Positions 7,828-20,562 of a DNA stretch of 32,447 bases are shown in pieces; the first letter of the stretch is position 1; each line of letters begins with the position of its first letter. Under the pieces are notes generated by a model that ran no database searches, was not told the origin of the DNA, and worked only from the letters and a program-made list of their open reading frames with translations. Origin of the DNA: an uncultured Bacteroidales bacterium (GTDB lineage Bacteria; Bacteroidota; Bacteroidia; Bacteroidales; UBA10428); assembly GCA_964633185.1 (NCBI GenBank), contig CAZWFM010000003.1, forward strand, positions 1 through 32,447, given 5' to 3'. Position numbers and translations under genes: made by a program.

Positions 7828-10800
7828 ATGACTAGAATTATTAAACTAAACAGACTATTACTGGTAACGGCACTGATGTTACCACAATTATGGTTTTCTA
7901 TCAGGTGCTATGGTCAGACCTTTACAGTGCACGGAAAAGTAACTGACAACACAGGAGCCCCCATGATAGGGGCAAATATTGTAATTCAAGGTACTACTAT
8001 TGGAACTATCACGAATGCTGATGGAGAGTATCAGATCGAAGCCAGTGCAGATAACACGCTTAACTTCTCTTTTATAGGTTACCTAAGTGAAGATATTATG
8101 GTTGGTGACCAAACTGAGATTAATGTTCAACTTATTCCAAGTATAACAGAATTAACTGATGTTGTAGTTGTTGGCTATGGAATGCGGAAAAAAGAAACCT
8201 TAACCGGGTCGGTAGCAAATATTTCTGGTGAGGAGATGAAGAACAATCCTATGCCGAATGTGACCAGTTCCCTGGCAGGTAAATTGCCGGGATTGACTAT
8301 TAACCAACGCTCCGGAGAACCTGGAAGAGATGATCCCAACATTTTAATTCGCGGTACCGGAACATTTGTGATTCCAGATCCCGATGATCCCCACAAATTA
8401 GAAAGGGCAAATGCTCCCCTTGTTATTGTGGACGGAGTCCAGCGAAGTAATATGAGCAGGTTAAACCCTGATGATATAGAAAGCATTTCTGTACTTAAAG
8501 ATGCCTCAGCAGCTATTTATGGGGCACGTGCGGCCAATGGTGTAATTTTAATAACTACCAAAAGGGGAACTACGGGCAAACCGGTTTTCGATTTCTCCTA
8601 TAATTATGCCTTGCAAAGTCCCACCAAGATTCCTGAAATGCTGGATGCCGCTACCTTTGCCGAAGTATTTAACGAGGCAGAATGGTACAGTCAAGGTTGG
8701 CAGGACGCACATTATACTCCCTTTTATTCTGACACAGCCATACAAAAGTTCCGTGACGGATCAGATCCGGTTTTATATCCTAACACGAATTGGATGAACG
8801 AAGTATTGAAACCTGTGACAGTACAGAGACGCATGAGTTTACAGGTGAACGGTGGCACAGAGACTGTCAGGTATCTGTTTTCGTTTGGATCATTATTTCA
8901 GGATGGGAACTACCAGCATAATCCTACAGAGTACAAACAATATAACATGCGTTCAAAAATCGATTTTAATATAACCAAGAATTTTTCAATTGGCACAAAT
9001 TTATACGGGATCCTCAACGACAGAACATACCCGACTGTAAATACCTGGATAAATTTCTATAACATATTACATTCCAATCCTACACTGGTAGCCAGATATC
9101 CGAATGGATTAATTGCGCCGGGCCGGTTAGGTGAAAATCCGCTCTTGCTGGATCAGAGGGGTACGGATGAGATTAAAGATGTTCCTTTATATTCTACTTT
9201 CACAGCATCCTATAAAATCCCGTTCGTGAAAGGTTTGGTAATTGACGGATCATTCAATTACGACTTAAATAACCAGTTTGAAAAAAAATTCAGTTTGCCT
9301 TACTATTATTATGAGTACAATGTCAATACCGGTGAGTATGACAAGACGCAGGGAACAGGCGCCTCAACGGTTGAACTCTGGGATACATACCGGAAATGGA
9401 CCACAATGATGTATAATTTTAAAATAGTTTATGACAGAACTTTTGGTAAGCATCATATTTCAGCGATGGTGGGGCACGAGAAACAAAAGAGCAGCTATCA
9501 GTTTACTCAGGCATACAGAAAGAATTTCATAAGTTCCGCTATCGATCAGATTGATGTGGGAAGTACCGATCCGGAAGATAAAAACAACTCCGGATCCGCT
9601 GCAGACACTGCATACGTCAACTATTTCGGCCGTTTCAATTACGATTTTGGCTCTAAATATTTGCTCGAATTTTTGTTTCGCTATGATGGTTCACAGATTT
9701 TTCCTGAAGGCAAGCGGTATGGTTTTTTCCCCGGATTTTCTGTTGGATGGCGTTTATCTGAAGAGGGATTTATACGCGACAATCTTCCTTTCATAGACCA
9801 TTTGAAACTGAGGTTTTCGCATGGACAAACCGGTAATGACCGGGTGGGTGCATATCAATATTTACAGACATATTCTTTTGAAGACAATTATGTATTTGGA
9901 GCAAGTGATTATCCGGGTATAAATGCCAATACCTTACCAAATCCCGATATCCATTGGGAAGTTAGCAAGAAAACAGATGTGGGGCTGGAAGCTTATTTGT
10001 GGAAACGTATGTTGGGGATGGAACTTACTCTTTGGCGGGAAAAACGATCAAATATATTAGTAGAGCAGGCGCTATCAATACCCAAAATTTATGGTTTTTC
10101 GGATTTGCCGAGTGTTAACCTGGGAAAAGTTGACAACCATGGATATGAGTTAGTTATAAACCATAGAAATTCGGTGAACACATTTGTATATTCCGTGGAA
10201 GCATCTGTTTCATTTGCAAGAAATAAAGTTGTATTCATGGATGAAACACCGCAGATTGAACCCTATCAAAATCAAACCGGTCATCCGATTGGAGCCGGGC
10301 TATATTATCAGGCGGATGGAATTTTTAATACCCAGGAAGAACTGGATTCATATCCTCACGCTTCTGGTTCCAAACTTGGAGATATTAAAATTATCGACCT
10401 TAACGGAGATTCAGTAATTAATGCACAGGATCAGTTTAGGTTCGATTATACAGCCACGCCTGAATATGTATTTGGGTTGAATATAAATCTTCAGTACCTA
10501 AATTTTGATTTAAATATCTTCTTCCAGGGCCAGACTAATGCCTACAATTATGATAATGCATTTGTGAAATTGGGGAACACTGATTTTGATAATGCGGTTG
10601 TGGAAAGGGCGAATGACCGCTGGACTGTTGATAACCCCGACGGTACTATGCCAAGGTCAAATACCTACCAACCCGGGGGTACAACATTCTTTTTGTACGA
10701 CGCTACATTCATCCGACTAAAAACGCTTGAATTAGGCTATTCATTACCCGCTAAAATAACATCAAATATCAGAACAAACGATGTCCGGATATATGTAAGT

Positions 10801-10920
10801 GCATTCAATTTGCTCACATGGGCAAAAGAAATAAAGTATGCTGATCCTGAGATGAGCGGTAATCTGACGTATTATCCGCAGCAACGAATTATCAATATAG
10901 GTCTGAATATAAAATTTTAA
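7828..10920 (+). CDS. susC: SusC/RagA-family TonB-dependent outer-membrane transporter
   Basis: 1030 aa. It has a carboxypeptidase-regulatory-like N-terminal domain (TVHGKVTDNTGAPMIGANIVIQGTTIGTITNADGEYQI), a TonB box/plug (DVVVVGYG...SISVLKDASAAIYGARAANGVILITTKRG) and a C-terminal ...IINIGLNIKF. There is no STN/anti-sigma extension. Confidence 0.93.
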   Translation: MTRIIKLNRLLLVTALMLPQLWFSIRCYGQTFTVHGKVTDNTGAPMIGANIVIQGTTIGTITNADGEYQIEASADNTLNFSFIGYLSEDIMVGDQTEINVQLIPSITELTDVVVVGYGMRKKETLTGSVANISGEEMKNNPMPNVTSSLAGKLPGLTINQRSGEPGRDDPNILIRGTGTFVIPDPDDPHKLERANAPLVIVDGVQRSNMSRLNPDDIESISVLKDASAAIYGARAANGVILITTKRGTTGKPVFDFSYNYALQSPTKIPEMLDAATFAEVFNEAEWYSQGWQDAHYTPFYSDTAIQKFRDGSDPVLYPNTNWMNEVLKPVTVQRRMSLQVNGGTETVRYLFSFGSLFQDGNYQHNPTEYKQYNMRSKIDFNITKNFSIGTNLYGILNDRTYPTVNTWINFYNILHSNPTLVARYPNGLIAPGRLGENPLLLDQRGTDEIKDVPLYSTFTASYKIPFVKGLVIDGSFNYDLNNQFEKKFSLPYYYYEYNVNTGEYDKTQGTGASTVELWDTYRKWTTMMYNFKIVYDRTFGKHHISAMVGHEKQKSSYQFTQAYRKNFISSAIDQIDVGSTDPEDKNNSGSAADTAYVNYFGRFNYDFGSKYLLEFLFRYDGSQIFPEGKRYGFFPGFSVGWRLSEEGFIRDNLPFIDHLKLRFSHGQTGNDRVGAYQYLQTYSFEDNYVFGASDYPGINANTLPNPDIHWEVSKKTDVGLEAYLWKRMLGMELTLWREKRSNILVEQALSIPKIYGFSDLPSVNLGKVDNHGYELVINHRNSVNTFVYSVEASVSFARNKVVFMDETPQIEPYQNQTGHPIGAGLYYQADGIFNTQEELDSYPHASGSKLGDIKIIDLNGDSVINAQDQFRFDYTATPEYVFGLNINLQYLNFDLNIFFQGQTNAYNYDNAFVKLGNTDFDNAVVERANDRWTVDNPDGTMPRSNTYQPGGTTFFLYDATFIRLKTLELGYSLPAKITSNIRTNDVRIYVSAFNLLTWAKEIKYADPEMSGNLTYYPQQRIINIGLNIKF

Positions 10921-10930
10921 AAATAAACAT

Positions 10931-12616
10931 ATGAAAAATATACTCATAATAATTGTAATCTTATTGTCATTCATTTCCTGTAATGACGATATACTTGATA
11001 TTACTGCAAAAGATCGGGTCGCTGATGATGCAGTATGGAATGACGAGAACCTGATAAGAGCTTATCATACTGCTTTATATAATGGTATTCCTCATGGTTT
11101 CTACATACATATGTATTCAAAATTTACGGATGAAGCATATAATTCTGCACCAGGTAACTGGGGCGCAGGCATTTTTATATATTCATATTCGGCCGATAAC
11201 ATTACCGAAGTAGGAAACGGTGATCTTTGGGGTGGTTACCTCTATTATTGGGACAGGGGATATGAATACATCAGAAAAACAAATCTTTTTCTGGAAAAAA
11301 TGAATGAAACTTCGTTTGTGTTCGATGACAGAGAACAACTGATAGGCGAAGCAAAATTTTTAAGAGCGTTTATGTATTTCAATCTTATAGAAAGATTCGG
11401 AGGAGTTCCTATTGTTGACCAGTCATATGAGTTAGGGGAGGTAACATTTACCAGGAATACATTCGATGAATGTGTGGAATTCATTGAACAGGATCTGGAT
11501 GATGCAATGGCAGTTTTACCTGAAAAGTATGCTTCAACCGATCCAGACTTTGGCAGAGCCACCCAGGATGCCTGTAAAGCATTACGCTCGCGTGTATTGC
11601 TGTATGCAGCTTCTCCGTTGTTCAACCCATCTAACGATATTAACAAATGGCAAAAAGCAGCAGATGCGGCTGAAGCCCTATTGAACAGCGATTATTCACT
11701 GTATCCCGATTACAGAGAAGCTTTCATTCTGCCCAGTGGATCAGAAAATAACGAATTAATATTTACACGGAACTTTACAGTCACGAACGGCCATCAGGCT
11801 CCAATGAATAATCTTAATCGACGTTATGGTGCTTATGGAGGATGGTGGGGAAGTAATGGCCCTTCCCAGAATCTGGTTGATGATTACGACATGATCAATG
11901 GGGAACCTCCGTTTATTTATACGGACGGAGTAAAAACGATAAACCCTGCTTCCGGGTACGATCCTGATCATCCCTGGGCAAACCGCGATCCCCGTTTCGA
12001 TGCTACCATTATACATGATGGAACCGTTTACCGTGGTGATACGATGCAAATGTGGGTATCATCAACCGGTTCGACATGGGGTTTTGATTCTTATAAGCAG
12101 AGTGGTGATAATCCACGTACAAACTATGTGTTAAAAAAATTCATGCCTGATGAAGATGTTGCCCTCAGCTGGCAAGATTTTTATACAAATCCCTGGATAT
12201 ATTTCCGTTTGGCTGAAATATACCTGAACTATGCGGAAGCAATGTTTGAGCTGGGCAATGAAGAAGTCTGCAGGGAGTACATTTCGATGGTCAGAGAAAG
12301 AGTTGGTATGCCCCTGATACCGGAGTCTGTGACAGGAGAGGACCTGAGAAACAGGCTTTACAATGAGCGAAGAATTGAACTGGCATTTGAATCTCATCGG
12401 TATTTTGATGTGAGAAGATGGAAAATAGCCATGGATGTTGAAAACAGGCCAATTATGGGACTGGATATTATTAAAGATGTTACAACCGGAGAAAATCAAT
12501 ATATAGAAGTACTATTGCTTGAAAGAATATTCGAAGAACCTATGTATCTACTCCCCATAGCAACGGATGAAATTAATAAGAATGAAGGATCAATAGAACA
12601 AAATCCGGGCTGGTAG
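10931..12616 (+). CDS. susD: SusD/RagB-family nutrient-binding outer-membrane lipoprotein
   Basis: 561 aa with a lipoprotein signal (LSFISC|NDD). It starts 10 bp after susC. SusD motifs: RAFMYFNLIERFGGVPIV, RLAEIYLNYAEA, ERRIELAFESHRYFDVRRW. Confidence 0.92.
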   Translation: MKNILIIIVILLSFISCNDDILDITAKDRVADDAVWNDENLIRAYHTALYNGIPHGFYIHMYSKFTDEAYNSAPGNWGAGIFIYSYSADNITEVGNGDLWGGYLYYWDRGYEYIRKTNLFLEKMNETSFVFDDREQLIGEAKFLRAFMYFNLIERFGGVPIVDQSYELGEVTFTRNTFDECVEFIEQDLDDAMAVLPEKYASTDPDFGRATQDACKALRSRVLLYAASPLFNPSNDINKWQKAADAAEALLNSDYSLYPDYREAFILPSGSENNELIFTRNFTVTNGHQAPMNNLNRRYGAYGGWWGSNGPSQNLVDDYDMINGEPPFIYTDGVKTINPASGYDPDHPWANRDPRFDATIIHDGTVYRGDTMQMWVSSTGSTWGFDSYKQSGDNPRTNYVLKKFMPDEDVALSWQDFYTNPWIYFRLAEIYLNYAEAMFELGNEEVCREYISMVRERVGMPLIPESVTGEDLRNRLYNERRIELAFESHRYFDVRRWKIAMDVENRPIMGLDIIKDVTTGENQYIEVLLLERIFEEPMYLLPIATDEINKNEGSIEQNPGW

Positions 12617-12630
12617 TGGTAGATTTATCC

Positions 12631-12677
12631 TGAGTGTGTTATTGATAATTCGACTCAATAGCACACTCATTTCTTTT
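12631..12677 (+). terminator. Rho-independent-type hairpin after susD
   Basis: 15-bp arms TGAGTGTGTTATTGA (12631-12645) and TCAATAGCACACTCA (12655-12669) with 1 mismatch and a 9-nt loop, followed by TTTCTTTT. It starts 15 bp after the susD TAG. Confidence 0.55.
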
Positions 12678-12970
12678 GAACAGATTACTTGTTTTGAAGA
12701 TCATTAAAACGAGAAGATTAATTGAAAATTAAGTAGAAATGGAGTAAATTATTAGTTTATCCTAGAAGTAAAATATTATATAAATGCAATAGATTTTTTA
12801 GGTTATTAATTATTCGACCTGTATCGGACTATCAATTAACAGGTATAAAACCGAAAAATGAAGGAACTTACAACATTTACTGGCACAGATTGAAATGGTT
12901 ATTCTATAAAGCTTAACTGTATAGAATTAACTGCATTGTTTGTAATTGGATTATTATTAAAACTTAGAGC

Positions 12971-14887
12971 ATGAAAATTTATGTACCTATAGTTCTTCTT
13001 CTACTTGGTTCATTTACTGCCTTTTCGCAAAAGGCCACTGTAGTATCGCCAAATAAAAAGATACGAATTGAGCTTTATAATCAAAAAAAAACAGTTAGTA
13101 GTGAGTGGTATTTACAAGTTGATTACTATCACAATGGAGAATTTCTTGAAGCAATTCCTAAAATCAACCTCGGTCTGTCACGTAGCGATCAGGATTTTTC
13201 AAAAGAGCTTTCCTTATTAATGGCCGGAAAGCCATTCCTGATAAAAGAAGAATACACAGCGCTGCATGGTAAACGTTCTCTGTGTAGCAATCAGGCCAAC
13301 GAAGTAGTGATATCGTTTGAGAACCCAGGCAAAGCAAAACTAAACCTTATCATCCGTGCCTATAATGATGGAGTGGCTTTTCGCTATGAGTTTCCTGAAA
13401 ATGAAGGTAGTTTTGAGGTAAAAGATGAACTAACCTCATATACAATCCCTGACAGTACAGCGCGATGGCTGGAGAAATTTGACCTTTCAAACGAAGGCCT
13501 CTATAAAAATATGAATGATGCCAGTGTTCAACAAAACTGGTGTTATCCAGCACTTTTTGGCGTTGCCGATACTTCATGCTGGTATCTGGTACATGAAGCT
13601 GATTTGGATCGGAATTATTGTGCTACAAAACTTAGTAATATTGAAAATAAATCTGTTTATAAAGTCACTATTCCACATCCCGGTGAAGGGGAAGGAGAAG
13701 CTTTACCAACTATTACCCTTCCATGGAAATCCCCATGGCGGGTAATCATCATGGGAAGCCTGGCGGATATTGTTGAATCAACACTGGTTAACGATGTATC
13801 CACACCGTCTGTATTAACCGAAACCGACTGGATTAAATCTGGATCGGTATCGTGGAACTATTGGTCGAACAACCATGGTACCAAAGACTTCAAAACAATA
13901 TGCGAGTTTGCCGATCTGGCGGCAGCCATGAACTGGTCATACACCTTACTTGACTGGGAATGGGATGCAATGGGAAATGGTGGTAACGTAGAAGACGCTG
14001 CCAAATTTATCCTTTCCAAAGGAGTAAAACCTTTAATTTGGTACAATTCAGGTATGTTTAAATGGATTACGGCCACTCCCGTCGACCGGATGAAAACCCA
14101 CGAAAACCGTGTAAAAGAATTCACTAAATTGAAAAAAATGGGATTTGCCGGGGTAAAAATAGACTTCTTCCTAAGCGAAAAGCAGTATATGATTGACTAT
14201 TATCTTGATATTTTGGAAGATGCAGTGCAATTTGAAATGATGGTATATTTTCACGGCTGTCTGGTACCCCGTGGATGGTCTCGCACTTATCCGCACCTTA
14301 TGACATATGAGGGAGTACGCGGAGCTGAGTGGTATAACAACGGCCCTGACTTGACTACAACTGCGCCTGAACATAATGCAGTTTTACCTTTTACCAGGAA
14401 CGTGGTAGGTTCCATGGATTATACCCCGGTAACTTTCACAAACTCACAGTTTCCACATATTACATCGTATGGGCATGAACTGGCGCTGAGCGTTGTGTTT
14501 GAATCAGGCCTGCAACATATGGCTGACAGACCTGAAGGATATTATGGATTGCCCGATGCAGCTAAAACTTTCCTTAAGGAGGTGCCATGTTCCTGGGACA
14601 ATACAAAATTTATTTCCGGTTATCCCGGACGCGAAATTGTTATTGCACGTTTAAAAGGGGATACCTGGTACATCGGTGGACTTAGCTCAGGAAGAATGGA
14701 AAAAACCCAGAGCGTGAAATTAGACTTTTTGCAGGATGGGGTAAAATATAAACTTACCCTGATTTCAGATGGTGAACATGATAAAGCATTTAGAACACAA
14801 TACATAGCGGTAGACAACACAAGTACGTTTGATGTACATTTATTAAGACGAGGTGGTTTTGCTGCAACCCTGAAACCAATTCAATAA
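12971..14887 (+). CDS. Glycoside hydrolase family 97 (alpha-glucosidase / alpha-galactosidase type), secreted
   Basis: 638 aa with a signal peptide. GH97-like motifs: DGVAFRYEFPE, GFAGVKIDFF, YFHGCLVPRGWSRTYPHLMTYEGVRGAEWY, MDYTPVTF. Confidence 0.8.
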   Translation: MKIYVPIVLLLLGSFTAFSQKATVVSPNKKIRIELYNQKKTVSSEWYLQVDYYHNGEFLEAIPKINLGLSRSDQDFSKELSLLMAGKPFLIKEEYTALHGKRSLCSNQANEVVISFENPGKAKLNLIIRAYNDGVAFRYEFPENEGSFEVKDELTSYTIPDSTARWLEKFDLSNEGLYKNMNDASVQQNWCYPALFGVADTSCWYLVHEADLDRNYCATKLSNIENKSVYKVTIPHPGEGEGEALPTITLPWKSPWRVIIMGSLADIVESTLVNDVSTPSVLTETDWIKSGSVSWNYWSNNHGTKDFKTICEFADLAAAMNWSYTLLDWEWDAMGNGGNVEDAAKFILSKGVKPLIWYNSGMFKWITATPVDRMKTHENRVKEFTKLKKMGFAGVKIDFFLSEKQYMIDYYLDILEDAVQFEMMVYFHGCLVPRGWSRTYPHLMTYEGVRGAEWYNNGPDLTTTAPEHNAVLPFTRNVVGSMDYTPVTFTNSQFPHITSYGHELALSVVFESGLQHMADRPEGYYGLPDAAKTFLKEVPCSWDNTKFISGYPGREIVIARLKGDTWYIGGLSSGRMEKTQSVKLDFLQDGVKYKLTLISDGEHDKAFRTQYIAVDNTSTFDVHLLRRGGFAATLKPIQ

Positions 14888-14907
14888 TATTACCCTATTT
14901 AATCGAT

Positions 14908-15861
14908 ATGAAAAAAATATTAATTCAAGAAAAAATAAGAAAATCGTATGCATTTGCTGCAATTCTTTTATTTTCGTCATATTCGTGGGCACAACAATAC
15001 CCTTTTCAAAATCCTGAATTGAGTTCAGAAGAAAGAGCTAAAGATTTAATCTCAAGGTTGACCCTGGAGGAAAAGGCAATTTTAATGTGTGATGTTTCAG
15101 AAGCTATTCCTCGTCTGGGAATAAAAAAATTTAACTGGTGGAGCGAAGCCCTGCATGGGTTAGCGAATAATAGCGATGTCACTGTTTTCCCCGAACCGAT
15201 AGGTATGGCTGCTTCCTTCGACGACGAACTGGTTTACCGTATTTTTAGTGCCACTTCTGACGAAACACGTGCCAAATATAACGAGGAAAGACAAAAAGGG
15301 TTGGAAAACCGGCGGTTTATGAGCCTTTCTGTTTGGACCCCAAATAAGGATGTAGCATCTTTATCCCTGGTTGGTGTGAATACATACAGGCTGACAGCTA
15401 AAAACGAGGGAACTTGTTCCATAAAAGCAACCACCGCCGATGGAGAATTCAGTGCTGAATGCCAGGTTAATATTCGGCCTTCTAATATTCCAGCTCTATG
15501 GAAATTAGATGATATAAAAGACAATAAAGCTTCTGCCCTATACAATAATTGAGTTTTTACCATTGAAGGCGGTGGAGCTGATATTTGGGGTGGAAGTGAC
15601 CAGTTTGCGTATGTAAACAGAGAAACAGAGAAAGATTCGTATATTTCAGCCAGGGTTATTTCGTTAACCAATACCGACCCCTGGGCAAAAACCGGTTTAA
15701 TGATAAAGGAAAGTGCTGCTTCAAACAGCTCATTTGTTCTGATAGCAATTACCCCTGCCAATGGCATTACGCTGCAATGGCGAGATGTCTCAGGTTGGAG
15801 CTGCAATAAAAAGGATTTTAGCGCTGTGGATTTGCCAGTCCATTTAAAGCTAACCAATTGA
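14908..15861 (+). pseudogene. Mosaic remnant: GH3 N-terminus (about 146 aa) fused in frame to a Big_2-like fragment and a truncated concanavalin-like module, interrupted by an in-frame TGA
   Basis: Residues 31-146 (YPFQNPELSSEERAKDLISRLTLEEK...IPRLGIKKFNWWSEALHG...FPEPIGMAASFD...TRAKYN...LSVWTPN) form a GH3 N-terminus. At about nt 15346 the sequence switches to an Ig-like stretch (YRLTAKNEGTCSIKATTADGEFSAECQVNI). A TGA lies at 15550-15552. The same frame then continues for 102 codons (VFTIEGGGADIWGGSDQFAYV...DPWAKTGLMIKES...HLKLTN) and ends in TGA at 15859-15861 before the module is complete. Confidence 0.7.
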
Positions 15862-15894
15862 AGATAGGTAGTTAACCTGTCTGAGAAAGAATAA

Positions 15895-17979
<2,085 letters not shown>

Positions 17980-17995
17980 CTAAACTTAAGCAGTT

Positions 17996-19375
17996 ATGAA
18001 GAGGAAATTTTTAAAAACAGCAGCATCAATTTTTGTGATTATATCCATGGCCCATTCTATCAATGCGCAAAACCCAATTGTACAAACCATTTTCACCGCC
18101 GATCCGGCTCCCTTGGTATATAACGATACCTTGTTTCTTTACGTGGGCCATGATGAGGATGATGCTCCTGACGATGGTTTTGTAATGAAGGAATACCTGT
18201 GTTTTTCCACTACCGATATGGTAAACTGGACGCATCACGAATCGGTATTTACCACCGAAACCCTTGGCTGGGCAGCACCAAACAATGCAAATGCAGCACA
18301 GGTGGCTTACCGTAATAACAAATTCTATTATTACATATCGCCCTGGAGTGCTTTGCCCGATGGAGGCGATTGCATTGCCGTAGGAGTGTCCGATTCTCCT
18401 TTCGGGCCTTTTAAAGATGCTATCGGAAAACCTTTAATTTCACCCAACCAGACCAATTATTCAGGACATTTATGGGAAGACCTTGATCCTTCAGTATTTA
18501 TCGACAATGATGGCCAGGCATATCTGTATTGGGGGAATAATGCTTTATATGCTGTTAAGCTGAACGATGATATGATTTCCTATACCGGCGAAATTATCAC
18601 GTTTGATATTAAAGACAAAGCTGCATTTGGCCCTGACTTTGAAGAGGCACCCTGGTTGTTTAAACATAACAGTACATATTACCTGTTTTATGCCGCGCAT
18701 ATTCCCGAGTCTATTTATTATGCAACCAGCAATTCACCTCTTGGACCGTGGAAATATGGTGGCGTGATAATGGAAGCCATGGCGCAGGGATGTATGTCTA
18801 ACCATCCGGGAGTTATTCAATATAAAGGAAATTGGTATCTGTTTTACCAAAATCAGGATTTGCCAAATGGCATTGATAAACGCCGATGTATCAACGTGCA
18901 ACCATTTGACATTAACGCAGATGGTTCCATTTCAAAAATTCCTCATACCAAAGAAGGAGTTATTAATTCGGTAGCAGATTTGAATCCTTACCAGCGCAAT
19001 GAAGCTGAAACCATGGCTTGGGAAGAGGGTATTGAAACAACTTTAGAGAACAACACCGGTGTTTATGTAACTGATATAGATAATGGCAACTACATTAAGG
19101 TACGGAATGTCGATTTTGGCAAAGGGGCAAAATCATTTGAAGCCAGTGTGGCATGTACCTCTAAGGGTGGTAGTATTGAAATCCACATTGATAGTCCTGA
19201 TGGAACTTTACTGGGTATATGTGAGGTGAAGAACACAGGGGGACCTCAAAATTGGGAAGTTCAATCATGCAGAGTCAACCAAATGAAAGGGATACAAGAT
19301 GTGTATTTCGTTTTCAAAGGCGATGACGGGGATTTATTCAACTTTGACAGGTGGAGATTCACTGCTTTAAAATAG
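17996..19375 (+). CDS. Glycoside hydrolase family 43 (arabinofuranosidase/xylosidase type) with a C-terminal CBM6-like module
   Basis: 459 aa with a signal peptide. GH43 motifs: NPIVQTIFTADPAPLVYNDTLFLYVGHDE, EDLDPSVFIDNDGQAYLYWGN, EAPWLFKHNSTYYLFY. CBM6-like tail: NPYQRNEAETMAW...YIKVRNVDFGKGAKSFEASVA...GGSIEIHIDSPDGTLLG...GGPQNWEV...DVYFVF. Confidence 0.88.
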   Translation: MKRKFLKTAASIFVIISMAHSINAQNPIVQTIFTADPAPLVYNDTLFLYVGHDEDDAPDDGFVMKEYLCFSTTDMVNWTHHESVFTTETLGWAAPNNANAAQVAYRNNKFYYYISPWSALPDGGDCIAVGVSDSPFGPFKDAIGKPLISPNQTNYSGHLWEDLDPSVFIDNDGQAYLYWGNNALYAVKLNDDMISYTGEIITFDIKDKAAFGPDFEEAPWLFKHNSTYYLFYAAHIPESIYYATSNSPLGPWKYGGVIMEAMAQGCMSNHPGVIQYKGNWYLFYQNQDLPNGIDKRRCINVQPFDINADGSISKIPHTKEGVINSVADLNPYQRNEAETMAWEEGIETTLENNTGVYVTDIDNGNYIKVRNVDFGKGAKSFEASVACTSKGGSIEIHIDSPDGTLLGICEVKNTGGPQNWEVQSCRVNQMKGIQDVYFVFKGDDGDLFNFDRWRFTALK

Positions 19376-19394
19376 TATACTTAAACTTTAATAA

Positions 19395-20501
<1,107 letters not shown>

Positions 20502-20562
20502 TAACCAAATCATCAGTTAGAAATCACTTCGTCTGTATATGAGAGACCAACACAAAAACGAA

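Noticed and set aside
15550-15552. In-frame TGA read as Gly (genetic code 25) or Trp (code 4)
   Set aside because: The position does correspond to an expected Gly. However, GGA to TGA is a single substitution in an already broken gene, all other conserved genes in the window lack in-frame TGA, and SusC/SusD content argues for Bacteroidota, where no such reassignment is known to me. I keep it only as a low-probability check.
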